64,000 bases of DNA from Vulcanimicrobiota bacterium (GCA_963820825.1 CAWGBN010000005.1:96001-160000); one strand, 5' to 3'; positions 29,350 to 39,787 are shown, counted from the stretch's first letter. Program-made: numbers and translations. The notes: generated from the sequence alone by a model not told the origin.

Positions 29350-32106
29350 GTGTACGGAGGAACGACGGACCGATTTCGGAGCCCGCTCGTCGGCCGAGAG
29401 TCCGAACTCAACGACCTCCAGCGCAGTTACCAGCGAGCCCGCGACGACGGTGCCGGGGCGCTGGTCTTGCTCTGGGGGGAGGCGGGCGTGGGAAAGACCC
29501 GGCTCCTCGAAGAGTCTACCGTATTCGCGCGTTCCGCCGGGGCGCGCGTGGGCGGGGCGAGTTGTTTTGAATCGCTCTGCCCCCCGTTCGCTCCGATACG
29601 CGAGGTCTTCGCAGAACTCGCTCTGCCCGATCCGTTTGGCCTCGAGTCCTTTGCATCCGTTGCTCAGCCGACGCAGAGCGCGCGTTACCGCGCCTTCTCC
29701 GATGCCGCCGACGCTCTCACGACCGTTGCGACGCCGCTGGTCATCGCGCTCGACGATCTGCAATGGGCCGACTTTGCCAGCCTCGAGTTCCTCGGCTTTC
29801 TGATCCCGCGGCTCGCGCGCGCGCGAATGCTCGTGCTCGGTGCCATCCGCTCCGATCATCTGGAACGCGACCACGGGCGTCTGGAGGTCTTTGCGGATTT
29901 GAAGCGCCGCGGCGCGCTAACGCTTCGCGTCGATCCCCTCGGTTCCAGCGCGATTCGTACGATCGTTACGGAAGGTTGGCCTCGGGGCCGCGCGTTTGAC
30001 GAAGGCACCCTCGAGCGCGTCTGCGCCTTGGCCGAAGGCAAGCCGTACTTTGCCGAGGAGCTCGTCGATGCGCTCACGGCGCAGAACGAGACGGCCTCGG
30101 GATTCGCGCCGCTGAGCATTCGCGCGGGAATCCTCGCCCGGTTCGAACGCCTCACGGCAGAAGCGCGGCGAATCTTGCTCTACTCCTCCGTAATCGGACG
30201 CAACTTCGACACGTCGCTCCTCGAAGCGGTGAGCGGCTCGACGAACGCCGCGGTCCGCGAGGCACTCGCTACCGCTCGCGAGCTTCAACTCGTGCGCGAG
30301 GCGCGCGATCACGTCGGCCGTTTCGCATTCCGCCATGCGATCACGCGCGAAATCCTCTACCACGAGTTGCTCGCGGTGCAGGCGTGCGCGATTCATCGCG
30401 ACGTTGCCGAACGGCTCGCGACGACGTCCGGCGCCGATCCCTCCGATCTCGCCTATCACTGGAACGCCGCCGGCGATAGCAAGCGCGCGAGCGACGCCTA
30501 CGAGCGGGCGGGCGACGCGGGGCTCTACCGAAATGCGCACCGGGACGCCGAAGTCGCGTATCGCGGCGCCGTAGAGACGCGCAACGCGGCGGATTCTACC
30601 TACGCGCCGTTGTGCGAAAAGTTCTCCCGGGCGCTTTCGGCCAACGCACAGATCGAGGAGGCCTGCGATTTTGCCGAGCGAGCCGTTAACGCCTACGACG
30701 CAAACGGCGAGACCGAGCGGGCCGCAGCGCTGGCGATTCGACTCGCGCGCCGCACCTACGAGACGGGCAGGCCGCAATCCGCCACGACGATCGCCCAACG
30801 CGCCCTGCGGCTGAGCGGCGGAAGCGGACCGATCGCGTACGACGCATACGTCACGCTGGCGCATTTCGAAGCTCTGCAATCGCGCAACGACGCGGCCGTA
30901 ACGTACCTCGCATCGGCGGAATCGGTCCCGGGCGAGCACTCGGCCGTCGACCGCCGGAACTCGTTCATGGTACGCGCGCTCGTCGCGGCGACCTCCGGAC
31001 GTTTGATGGAAGCCTTCGAACACTACGAAGCCGCGGCGTCGATCGCGCGGAGTCTGCACGATCGCGAGCAACTTGCATGGACGCTGAACAACTATGCGAG
31101 CCGGGCGATGGCTACCGGCTGGATGGAGCGCGCGCGCCGCGCGCACGACGAAGCGGCGCTCTGCGTCAGCGGTGAGGAGTTTGCCAAGGTACGGGCTTCG
31201 ACGATTCAAGGAATTGCATTCTCCGAGCTGCTCGCAGGCGATCTCGCTGGGGTCCAGGCCCGGCAACGCGAGGAAGCGCAGCTGCCGCCGGGCATCGCAA
31301 TGACCCGGAGCGCCAGAGTCGCGCTCGGCATACGGCTCGCGTATTACGCCGGCGACGACGCAGGTGCCGGCGCGCTTGCAACCACCGAGGTGCTCGCGGA
31401 TGCGTTCGATTCGGGTGAGACGCAGCGAATCGGATTGCTCGCGGGCCGCGCGGCGGCGTCTTACGATGCGGCCGGACGGCGCGACGAGGCCAAGGCGCTG
31501 CGCTCCCGGGCGCTGGCGACGCTTCGCACGGTGGACTTCTCGTTCTGGTTGCTCGATCAACTCGTCGCGAGTGACGTACCGGGAGAGCGCGAGCGGGCCC
31601 GAGAGCTGCTCGCCGAAGCGGCGGCCGATTCGGGAAACGTTGCCGCTCGCGCGTATCTAACGCTCTTCGATGCGCGGATCGCGAGAGCACGGCGAAGCCC
31701 GGAGGCAAAATCGCTCGCGAACGATGCGGCCGAGAAGTTCGAGCGAATAGGATGGCCCTGGGAGCACGCGCAGGCGCTCGAAGTGGCGGATCGCAACGCC
31801 GAGGCGCTGGAGATCTATCGCCGCACCGGTTTTCTTCGCCAGGCTCGGGCATTGGAGCAGCGGCGGCGGCGTGCGCGCCATCGGGCGGGAAAGCACCAGC
31901 TCACGCCGCGGGAGCTCGAAGTAGCGCATCTTGCGGCGGAGGGTAAGAGCAACCGCGCCATCGCCGAAGCGCTATTCATCGGCGAGCGAACGGTCGAGAC
32001 GCATATTGCGGCGATATTCGATCGTTTCGAACTTACCTCGCGGCGCGAGCTCTCCACGCTTCTCGAGCGCACTGCGCGGCAGGTCGTTAGCGAACCGTCT
32101 CCGTAG
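29350..32106 (+). CDS. LAL-type regulator: AAA ATPase + TPR-like region + LuxR HTH
   Basis: LVGRESEL, GEAGVGKT, DDLQWAD, FRHA and LTPRELEVA...SNRAIAEALFI.ERTVETH. Start uncertain. Confidence 0.92.
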   Translation: MYGGTTDRFRSPLVGRESELNDLQRSYQRARDDGAGALVLLWGEAGVGKTRLLEESTVFARSAGARVGGASCFESLCPPFAPIREVFAELALPDPFGLESFASVAQPTQSARYRAFSDAADALTTVATPLVIALDDLQWADFASLEFLGFLIPRLARARMLVLGAIRSDHLERDHGRLEVFADLKRRGALTLRVDPLGSSAIRTIVTEGWPRGRAFDEGTLERVCALAEGKPYFAEELVDALTAQNETASGFAPLSIRAGILARFERLTAEARRILLYSSVIGRNFDTSLLEAVSGSTNAAVREALATARELQLVREARDHVGRFAFRHAITREILYHELLAVQACAIHRDVAERLATTSGADPSDLAYHWNAAGDSKRASDAYERAGDAGLYRNAHRDAEVAYRGAVETRNAADSTYAPLCEKFSRALSANAQIEEACDFAERAVNAYDANGETERAAALAIRLARRTYETGRPQSATTIAQRALRLSGGSGPIAYDAYVTLAHFEALQSRNDAAVTYLASAESVPGEHSAVDRRNSFMVRALVAATSGRLMEAFEHYEAAASIARSLHDREQLAWTLNNYASRAMATGWMERARRAHDEAALCVSGEEFAKVRASTIQGIAFSELLAGDLAGVQARQREEAQLPPGIAMTRSARVALGIRLAYYAGDDAGAGALATTEVLADAFDSGETQRIGLLAGRAAASYDAAGRRDEAKALRSRALATLRTVDFSFWLLDQLVASDVPGERERARELLAEAAADSGNVAARAYLTLFDARIARARRSPEAKSLANDAAEKFERIGWPWEHAQALEVADRNAEALEIYRRTGFLRQARALEQRRRRARHRAGKHQLTPRELEVAHLAAEGKSNRAIAEALFIGERTVETHIAAIFDRFELTSRRELSTLLERTARQVVSEPSP

Positions 32107-32114
32107 AGCGCGCC

Positions 32115-33089
32115 ATGCGCTGGCTCGTCACCGGGGGTCTCGGGTTCATCGGCTCCCACTTTATTCGGATCGCATTACGCGAACGGCCGGAGCTCGAGAT
32201 CGTTAATCTGGACGCGATGACCTACGCCGGAAATCCGGCGAATCTGCGCGACGTCGAGGACGACCCGCGGTATCGCTTCGTGAAAGGCGATATCTGCGAC
32301 GGGGACGCGGTGCGGGCGGCGCTCGGCGGCGGGGCCGACGCTATCGTCAACTTCGCCGCCGAGACGCACGTCGACCGCTCGATCGTCGACCCCGAGGCCT
32401 TTCTCCGAACCGACGCGCTCGGAACGCACGTGCTCTTGCAGGCCCTGCGGGAGAGACGGGTGCCGCGCTACCTTCAGGTATCGACCGACGAAGTCTACGG
32501 CAACGTTCCGACGGGCGAATCCGTTGAGGAAGATCCGCTGCGCCCCCGCAGTCCGTACGCTGCCAGCAAGGCCGCCGGCGATCTTCTCGCGCTTGCCTAT
32601 CGCGAGACGTACGGCGCTCCCGTCTTGATCACGCGCGGCAGCAACACGTACGGACCGTATCAGTTTCCCGAGAAGATCGTGCCTCTCTTCATCACCAACC
32701 TGATCGACGACCGGCGCGTGCCGGTATACGGCGACGGCCTGCAGATCCGCGACTGGCTCTACGTCGAAGACCACGCCCACGCGATTCTTCACGTGCTGGA
32801 GCACGGCGAGCTCGGGAACGTCTACAACATCTCGGCCCAGACGCCGCAGACGAACATCGAGCTGACGCGCAAGCTCGTAACCGGCTGCGGCCGCTCCATG
32901 GAGACGCACGCCGAGCACGTGACCGATCGACCGGGTCACGACCGGCGCTACGCGGTCAACTGCGCAAAGCTGCGCGCGCTGGGGTGGGAGGCGCTCACGC
33001 CATTGGAGACCGGCCTCGCCCGAACGATCGACTGGTATCGCCGCAACGATGCCTGGTGGCGCCCGCTCAAGCAGGTCGCGGCGCCGTGA
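32115..33089 (+). CDS. rfbB: dTDP-glucose 4,6-dehydratase
   Basis: TGGLGFIGS, AAETHVDRS, STDEVYG, YAASK and DRPGHDRRY. Confidence 0.96.
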   Translation: MRWLVTGGLGFIGSHFIRIALRERPELEIVNLDAMTYAGNPANLRDVEDDPRYRFVKGDICDGDAVRAALGGGADAIVNFAAETHVDRSIVDPEAFLRTDALGTHVLLQALRERRVPRYLQVSTDEVYGNVPTGESVEEDPLRPRSPYAASKAAGDLLALAYRETYGAPVLITRGSNTYGPYQFPEKIVPLFITNLIDDRRVPVYGDGLQIRDWLYVEDHAHAILHVLEHGELGNVYNISAQTPQTNIELTRKLVTGCGRSMETHAEHVTDRPGHDRRYAVNCAKLRALGWEALTPLETGLARTIDWYRRNDAWWRPLKQVAAP

Positions 33090-33808
33090 AGGGTGTCGTA
33101 TTGGCCGGCGGGCTTGGCACGCGGCTGCGTCCCTTGACGAAGGTTACGAATAAGCATCTGCTTCCCGTCTACGACCGGCCGATGATTTACTATCCGCTCG
33201 AAACGCTCCGCCGCGCCGGCATCTCCGAAGTCATGCTCGTCACCGGCGGTAACTCCGCGGGCGATTTTTTACGATTGCTCGGCAACGGCGCCGAACTCGG
33301 TTTCGACAGCATCTCGTATGCATATCAGGAAGGAGAGCGCGGAATCGCCGACGCGCTGCGTCTCTGCGAGCATTTTGCGGCGGGCCACCGCATCGTCGTC
33401 ATTCTCGGCGACAACATCGTGCAGGAGGATATCGCCCCGTACGTTCGCCGTTTTGAGGCGCAGCCGTCGGGAGCGCGCATCTTGTTGAAAGAGGTCGACG
33501 ACGCGCAGCGCTTCGGCGTGCCGGTATTCGACGGCGATCGGATCGTCGAGATTCAGGAGAAACCGGCGCAGCCGCATAGCCGCTTCGCAGTTACCGGCGT
33601 CTATATGTTCGACGAACGCGTCTTCGGCTTCATTCGCACGTTGAAACCGTCTCGGCGCGGAGAGCTCGAGATCGCGGACGTCCACAACCGCTACATTCTC
33701 GACGGCGATCTCTGCTACGACGTGCTGCAAGGCGCGTGGAGCGACGCAGGAACGTTCGAGAGCCTCTTTCGCGCCGGCGAGCTCGTCCGATCCCGCTCGA
33801 GGGTCTAA
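33086..33808 (+). CDS. rfbA: Glucose-1-phosphate thymidylyltransferase-like
   Basis: LAGGLGTRLRPLT...NKHLLPVYD, EKP and RGELEI. GTG start at 33086. Confidence 0.9.
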   Translation: MKGVVLAGGLGTRLRPLTKVTNKHLLPVYDRPMIYYPLETLRRAGISEVMLVTGGNSAGDFLRLLGNGAELGFDSISYAYQEGERGIADALRLCEHFAAGHRIVVILGDNIVQEDIAPYVRRFEAQPSGARILLKEVDDAQRFGVPVFDGDRIVEIQEKPAQPHSRFAVTGVYMFDERVFGFIRTLKPSRRGELEIADVHNRYILDGDLCYDVLQGAWSDAGTFESLFRAGELVRSRSRV

Positions 33809-33811
33809 CCT

Positions 33812-34600
33812 TTAACCCTTAGCGTGGGGGATGATCGGTAACAGCGCCAACGCCACGACGACGAGGACGCCTGCGAGCGCGCCGCGGAACCAACGCTCGG
33901 GCAGCTTCGCAACGAAGTACGAGCCGAGAAAGACGCCGGGAATCGAGCCCATCAGCAGCGAGATGGCGATGCCGGGATCGACGTCGCCGAGCCGCCAGTG
34001 ACCGAGCAGCGACGGTATGAGCACGACGACCGCGAAGGCAAGATCGGTGCCGACCAAGCGCCGCAGCGCGACCACGGGCGCCACGAGCAAGAGTGCCGGG
34101 AGCGTGAGCGAGCCCGCGCCGATCGACGTGATGCTGACCGTCAAACCGACGAAGAGCCCGATCATAGCGAGTCTCAGGGTCGGAAGCTTGTTCGGGTCGC
34201 GGCTGGTATCGCCGGCAAGCTTGCGATTGAAGATGATACCCGCGGCGGAGACGAGCAGCGCCGCAGCGACCGCGATCCGAAGAACGTTTTCGAGCTGATG
34301 CACGTCGAGTGCGTGATGCAAGTAACCGCTGATGATGACGCCTATAACCGCTCCGGGTAAACCGCCGAGCGAGAGGCGCCAGAGCACCGAGAACTGCACG
34401 GTGCGCTTCTGGATATGCGCGAGCATAGCGACGACGCGAGTGCCGAGGGCGAAGAGCAGATCGGACCCGATTGCCCGGTCGGTACCAACACCAAGGAATA
34501 TCAAGAGCGGCGTCGTGATGGCGCCCGCGCCAACGCCGCTATATGCGGTGCACGTGCCGACGATAAATCCAACGAGCACGTAGCTCCAGGTGATGGTCAC
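33812..34600 (-). CDS. TauE/SafE family membrane transporter
   Basis: GVGAGAITTP, TSIGAGSL, VGTDL and GSIPG; multiple TM segments. Confidence 0.88.
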   Translation of the reverse strand: MTITWSYVLVGFIVGTCTAYSGVGAGAITTPLLIFLGVGTDRAIGSDLLFALGTRVVAMLAHIQKRTVQFSVLWRLSLGGLPGAVIGVIISGYLHHALDVHQLENVLRIAVAAALLVSAAGIIFNRKLAGDTSRDPNKLPTLRLAMIGLFVGLTVSITSIGAGSLTLPALLLVAPVVALRRLVGTDLAFAVVVLIPSLLGHWRLGDVDPGIAISLLMGSIPGVFLGSYFVAKLPERWFRGALAGVLVVVALALLPIIPHAKG

Positions 34601-34758
34601 GCTATAACTCCCGTCGGCGCACGCCGATACGACGCCTCTCCGGCAAACGTTCTCGGCGCAGTCATGAACAAACCCGTCATAATGTTCAACAAAGGACCTA
34701 GGTTAACATTCTAGCGACCGGCAGCCGCGAGCCCCCGTATAGGGCGGCTTGAGAAGGC

Positions 34759-35034
34759 TTAGATAGATGGACCGCCCGAGCGGGCGACATCGCCGGGTAT
34801 ATCGGCCTCGACGGGCTCTTTTCCTACCGTTCCTGCCGGGCCTCGCTTGCTTGAAGGGGTCGCGGAGCCGTCTCCGCGGTGAATCTCGGCGAAGATTTCG
34901 AAGCGATGAACCGGCACGTGGCGAGGCGCCTCAATGCCGAGCTTAACCTGGTCGCGGTCTACTCCCACAACCAGAATGCGAATATCGCTACCAATCATAA
35001 TTGACTGATTCGCCTTGCGGCTAAGCACGAGCAT
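34759..35034 (-). CDS. csrA: Carbon storage regulator
   Basis: MLVLSRK...VKLGIEAP...VHRFEI, plus a low-complexity C-terminal tail. Confidence 0.93.
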   Translation of the reverse strand: MLVLSRKANQSIMIGSDIRILVVGVDRDQVKLGIEAPRHVPVHRFEIFAEIHRGDGSATPSSKRGPAGTVGKEPVEADIPGDVARSGGPSI

Positions 35035-35137
35035 CGAAGCCCTCCTTGGCCGGCCGTAATGCGGTGAAGCGTGATTCTTTCGGCGCTAGGGTTCAACCGC
35101 CTCCGTATGCAAACGCATCGGCCGGGAGGACCCGCCG

Positions 35138-35509
35138 ATGGTTAGAGATGTTGCCTTCTTCGCTTACTCGGTTCGCGACGTCCCGCGGGCGCGCACCTTC
35201 TACGCGGAGACGCTCGGGCTTAAGGAAGGCCAGTCGTTCGGCGATCACTGGATCGAGTTCGACGTCGGCAACGTCACCTTCGGAATCGGTAACGGAGAGG
35301 GGTTGGGCTTCATCCCCGGCGCGTCGACCGGAGCGGCTTTCGAGGTTGACGATCTTCCGGCAATGCGCGAGCGTCTCAAAGCCGGCGGCGCCGAGGTTGG
35401 CGAGGTACTCGAGTTTCCGGCGTGCATTACCTGTTTTGCGCGCGACCCCGAAGGCAATCGTTTCGCGCTTCATCAGCGCCGGACGCCTGCCCCCGGGGAC
35501 GCCGCTTAG
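35138..35509 (+). CDS. VOC/glyoxalase family protein
   Basis: [14 protein letters not shown] and RDPEGN; GGGAGG RBS upstream. Confidence 0.88.
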   Translation: MVRDVAFFAYSVRDVPRARTFYAETLGLKEGQSFGDHWIEFDVGNVTFGIGNGEGLGFIPGASTGAAFEVDDLPAMRERLKAGGAEVGEVLEFPACITCFARDPEGNRFALHQRRTPAPGDAA

Positions 35510-35514
35510 CCGTT

Positions 35515-36660
35515 TTACGCCGAAGCGGTCTCCCGCGCGGCTTCGATGAGAATCGCGGCGACTTCCGGCCGCGAGAACTCCGGCGGCGGGAGTTGCCCGT
35601 TACGCAACATCTCGCGCACCTGGCCGTGCCGCTGAGCGTCACGTGGCTCTCCGGATCGTGATTGCAGGTCTTCTGTGAAGCCATCGACTGACAACGCCGG
35701 CAGTAGAAGCTGTTCTCGAACTTCAGCGGGGTGATACCGAGCTCTTCGGGCGTGAACTCGTCGAAGAGCTTCTGCGCGTCGTAGGTGCCGTAGTAGCTTC
35801 CCACGCCCGCGTGGTCGCGCCCGACGATGAAATGCGTGCAGCCGTGGTTCTTACGCATCATCGCATGGAAGATCGCTTCGCGCGGACCCGCGTAGCGCAT
35901 CGCCGCCGGCAGCGTGCTCAGCAGCACGCGATTCGCCGGATAGTAGTTCTCCAGCAGTGCCCGATAACAACGCATCCGGACGTCGGCCGGAATGTCGTCG
36001 CTCTTGGTCTCGCCGACGAGCGGATGGAGCAGTAAACCGTCGACCATCTCGAGCGCGCATTTCTGAATGTATTCGTGCGCGCGATGGACCGGATTGCGCG
36101 TCTGGAATCCGACGATCGTGTTCCAGCCGCGGCGTTCGAACTCGGCGCGCGTCTGCGCCGGTGAGAGGCTCTCCGGATCGTGCTCGCGTGCGAACACCCA
36201 AACCGGACCGCCGATGAGCACGTCCTTACGCCCGTAGACCGCAGCGACGCCGGGATGTTTCTCCTCTTCCGTGCGATAGACGTTTCGCGCTTCGTGCCGC
36301 TTGTCGGATTCGAAGACGTCCTCAACGTCGATGACTCCGCGTAGCTCGCCTTCGCCGTCGTAGAGTGCCGCCCGGCTTCCGACCGTCGGTGCCTCGTCGC
36401 GATCGACGGCCAAGACGACCGGAATGCTCCACGGCAATCCGTTCGCGAGGCGCATCGAGACGACGACGGTGATCGTAATCTTCGCGGCCCATGAAGCCAC
36501 CCAGGGGACTCAACGCGCCGTTAGCGATCAGCGCGAGGTCGTTGAGTTCGCGTGCGGTCAGCGTGAGGCTGCGAAGGCTCTTGCTCTCTTCGCGCAGCTC
36601 GGCTTCGTCCGCCGAAGCGACGGTCCGGTCGATGAGTTTGCCGCCGTGGGGAGCGATCAT
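35515..36660 (-). CDS. sat: Sulfate adenylyltransferase (Sat type), frameshifts near 36470 and 35623
   Basis: [43 protein letters not shown]. The tail QVREML...[10 protein letters not shown] ends at TAA 35515. Confidence 0.92.
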
Positions 36661-37209
36661 GATACCGCCTTCAATTCGATGCACGTGGCCGAGTCGCTCG
36701 AGCTCGGCGAGAATCTTGGAGACGCTCTCGTCGATGGTCTCGCTCTCGCTATCCACGACGATGTCGGGATTCTCCGGCGCTTCGTACGGATCGGAGACGC
36801 CGGTGAAGTGCTGCACTTCGCCGGCGATGGCCTTTTTGTAAAGGCCTTTGACGTCGCGGCGCACGAGCTCGTCCAAGGAACAGCGCACGTAGACTTCGAC
36901 GAAACGATCGTGTCCGATCCGCTGACGCGCCTCGGAGCGCGCCTGCGCGTACGGCGAGATTGCGGCCGTGATGACCGCGGCGTCGTGCCTCACCAAGAGC
37001 GAGGCGACGAACGAGATACGTCCGATATTGATGTCGCGATCCTCGCGGCTGAATCCGAGTCCTTTTGACAGATGGGTGCGGACTTCGTCGCCGTCGAGCA
37101 CTTCGACGTTCCGTCCGCGGGCCGAAAGCTCGGGTGCGAGTCGCTCGGCAATCGTGCTCTTACCGGCCCCGGACAGACCGGTAAGCCACACAGTGAATCC
37201 CTGGTTCAA
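36661..37209 (-). CDS. cysC: Adenylyl-sulfate kinase, in frame with the sat N-terminus (no stop between them)
   Basis: WLTGLSGAGKST, LDGDEVR, RDVKGLYKKA and FTGVSDPYEAP. TTG start at 37209 after AAGGA. Confidence 0.93.
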
Positions 37210-37347
37210 CTGGAGTTCCTTTCTGGAGGTGGATTTAAAAGGGCACCCATCACTCAAAAGGTGGACTTCTAAGGCGGACGTCCCCAGATGGCCGAATTCT
37301 TCGACCCCAGATTGTTGATTTCCGTCTACTTCCTAGCGCATCGCTGC

Positions 37348-39105
37348 TTAAGGCGCCTTAAACGAGAACTGCGCTGCATGGAGCCTCGCGTACGCCCCGC
37401 CGCGAGCCAGGAGCTCCTCGTGCGTCCCCACCTCGACGACCCGCCCGGCCTCGATGAACAGAACCTTGTGCGCGCGGCGCACGGTCGAGAGCCGATGGGC
37501 GATGATCAGCGTGGTGCGCCCGGGCAACAAACGATCGAGCGCCTGCTCGATCATCGCCTCCGAATGGCTGTCGAGCGCGCTGGTCGCCTCGTCGAGTATT
37601 AGGATCCGGGGGTCCCTCAGAACCGCGCGCGCGATGGCGATGCGCTGGCGCTCGCCGCCGGAGAGCCGCATCCCACGTTCGCCGACTTGAGTCGCGTAGC
37701 CATCCGGGAAGTTGCGCACGTACTCGTCGACGTTTGCATCCTGCGCGGCCGCCCGCACCTCCGCGTCGGATGCCTCGATCCTACCGTAGCGAATATTCTC
37801 CAGGATCGAACCGCGAAAGAGTTGCACGTCCTGCGGAACGATGGCGATCGCCTTACGCAGATCGTCCAGCCGCACTTTGGCGATGTCGAAACCGTCGAGC
37901 AGCACCCGTCCTTCCTGCGGCTCGTAGAAGCGCGGCACGAGATTGACGATCGTCGTCTTGCCCGCACCCGACGGACCGACGAGCGCCACGATCTCGCCGG
38001 CTTCGATCGTCGCGTTGACCTCGCGCAACGCGGGCGGATCGTCCGGGCGGTACCGAAAGGTTACGCCGGCGTATTCGATCCGGCCGCGCACCGAGGGAAG
38101 CGCAATCGCGCCCTCGGGTTCGCGCACCTCGACGGGCAGATCGAGCAACTCGAAGACCCGTCCCGCGCCGACGATCGCCTTGCTGATGTCGCCGAAGAAC
38201 GCGGCGACGCGGTTCATCGGGTTCATTAGATTCACCAGCAGCCCCCAGTACATGAAGACCCGCCCGGTATCGAGCCGTCCGACGAGCACCTCGCGCACCG
38301 AGAGCCACATGATGCCGACGACCGCGGCGACCATGATCGTCGAAACGACCAGCGGCTGCGTTTGAATGAACTGCGTCAGCTTCATGTAGGCACCGAAGAA
38401 GTCGTCGTTACGGCTGCGAAAGCGCGCAACTTCGAACTCCTCGCGCCCGAACGACTTGACCACGCGTTGGCCGCCGAGGATCTCGGAGAGATTCGCGGTG
38501 AGGTCGGCGATGCGCTGTTGAGCGCGGTGGGTGCTCGCCGAGATCAGATGCTGAAAGTTCGAGACGGCGAACGAAACGATCGGCGCAACGAGAACGAGCG
38601 AGATCGTCAGGAGCCAATCGAGGTAGATCATCGTCGCAAAAGACGAAATGAAGGTCGCGAGCGCGACGACGAGCTGCGGCACCGAAACGCTGACCGCATC
38701 GATCATTATCTGCAGATCCGTCGAGAACCGCGCAATCAACTCGCCGGGGCGCCACTTGTCGAACTCGCCCAGCGGCAGACTCAGGAGTCGGCTGAAGAGC
38801 CGCACGCGCAGCCGCGCGACCAAATGCTGCCCGCTCCACGCCGTGAGATAGGTCTGCCCGTAGATCGCGCAGTTGGCGAGCACGAGGGCGATCGACGTAA
38901 GGCCGAGTGAGAGATAGAGCGCCTTGAGGTCCGGCGCGCTGCCGTGCGGGGGAACGAGTACCTGGTTGATGATGATGCGAAAGGCCAGCGGGGGAACGAT
39001 CGAGAGAACGCCGGCGAGCACGCCCATCGCCATCGCAAGCCCGAGGCGCGGATAGTACGGACGCGCCTCGCGCGCCAACCGTACGAGAATGGAGCGGCGG
39101 CTCAT
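37348..39105 (-). CDS. ABC exporter, fused TMD-NBD (MsbA-like)
   Basis: TM domain, GPSGAGKT, LSGGERQR, ILDEATS and IAHRLST. Confidence 0.92.
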   Translation of the reverse strand: MSRRSILVRLAREARPYYPRLGLAMAMGVLAGVLSIVPPLAFRIIINQVLVPPHGSAPDLKALYLSLGLTSIALVLANCAIYGQTYLTAWSGQHLVARLRVRLFSRLLSLPLGEFDKWRPGELIARFSTDLQIMIDAVSVSVPQLVVALATFISSFATMIYLDWLLTISLVLVAPIVSFAVSNFQHLISASTHRAQQRIADLTANLSEILGGQRVVKSFGREEFEVARFRSRNDDFFGAYMKLTQFIQTQPLVVSTIMVAAVVGIMWLSVREVLVGRLDTGRVFMYWGLLVNLMNPMNRVAAFFGDISKAIVGAGRVFELLDLPVEVREPEGAIALPSVRGRIEYAGVTFRYRPDDPPALREVNATIEAGEIVALVGPSGAGKTTIVNLVPRFYEPQEGRVLLDGFDIAKVRLDDLRKAIAIVPQDVQLFRGSILENIRYGRIEASDAEVRAAAQDANVDEYVRNFPDGYATQVGERGMRLSGGERQRIAIARAVLRDPRILILDEATSALDSHSEAMIEQALDRLLPGRTTLIIAHRLSTVRRAHKVLFIEAGRVVEVGTHEELLARGGAYARLHAAQFSFKAP

Positions 39106-39220
39106 CGCGGCAGGAGGCTGCAAAACCTCTGGGCTCTTGCCGCCGCCGCGCGGTGAAACCTCCCCCCGTGCGCTCCGGTACGTGATGGTGGCAAAAGATT
39201 CGGAGGATCGCGAAACGCAC

Positions 39221-39787
39221 ATGGACTGCTATTTTCACTCGAACGTACCGTCGGTCGCACCGTGTACCGACTGCGGAAAGCCGATCTGCGCGACCTGTCG
39301 CGACGAACGCGGCGGCTGCCCGAGTTGCCGCCTTGCGGCAAAGGTCGAAGCGGCAACGGCGACCCGCCGGCAAATCGCCGGTTCGGTCCCTCCGCGCCCC
39401 GCGCCGGCAAGCGTTCGGGGCACGGCAACGATCGCGACGGCGCCCGATCCGGTGGAATCGCGCGCGCTCGTCGCGCTCGGTTACCCGCTCTGGCCGTTGG
39501 CCCTACTCTCGCTGCTCGACCGGAAGCAATCGCGCAATCTGCGCCGCCAGGCGTTTCAGGCGCTCGGCTTCAACGTCGGCTTCTTCGGTTTCTGGGGACT
39601 CCTCTCGCTGCTCGCGCAAGTGCCGTTCCTCGGATTCTCGGCTTGGGTGCTGGTGCCGCTGCTCGCGCCGCTCTTTCTGGTCGCGAGCGTTTACTACGGA
39701 ATCAAGACGTGGAACGGCGACGAGGTTCGCATCCCCGTCGTCACGAGCTGGATCGACGAGCGCATGCCTAACGGAGCTGCCGATTAA
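39221..39787 (+). CDS. B-box-type zinc finger + C-terminal membrane domain (DUF4870-like)
   Basis: CYFH-x7-CTDCGKPICATC...CPSC, then TM helices. GGAGG upstream of the ATG. Confidence 0.7.
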   Translation: MDCYFHSNVPSVAPCTDCGKPICATCRDERGGCPSCRLAAKVEAATATRRQIAGSVPPRPAPASVRGTATIATAPDPVESRALVALGYPLWPLALLSLLDRKQSRNLRRQAFQALGFNVGFFGFWGLLSLLAQVPFLGFSAWVLVPLLAPLFLVASVYYGIKTWNGDEVRIPVVTSWIDERMPNGAAD

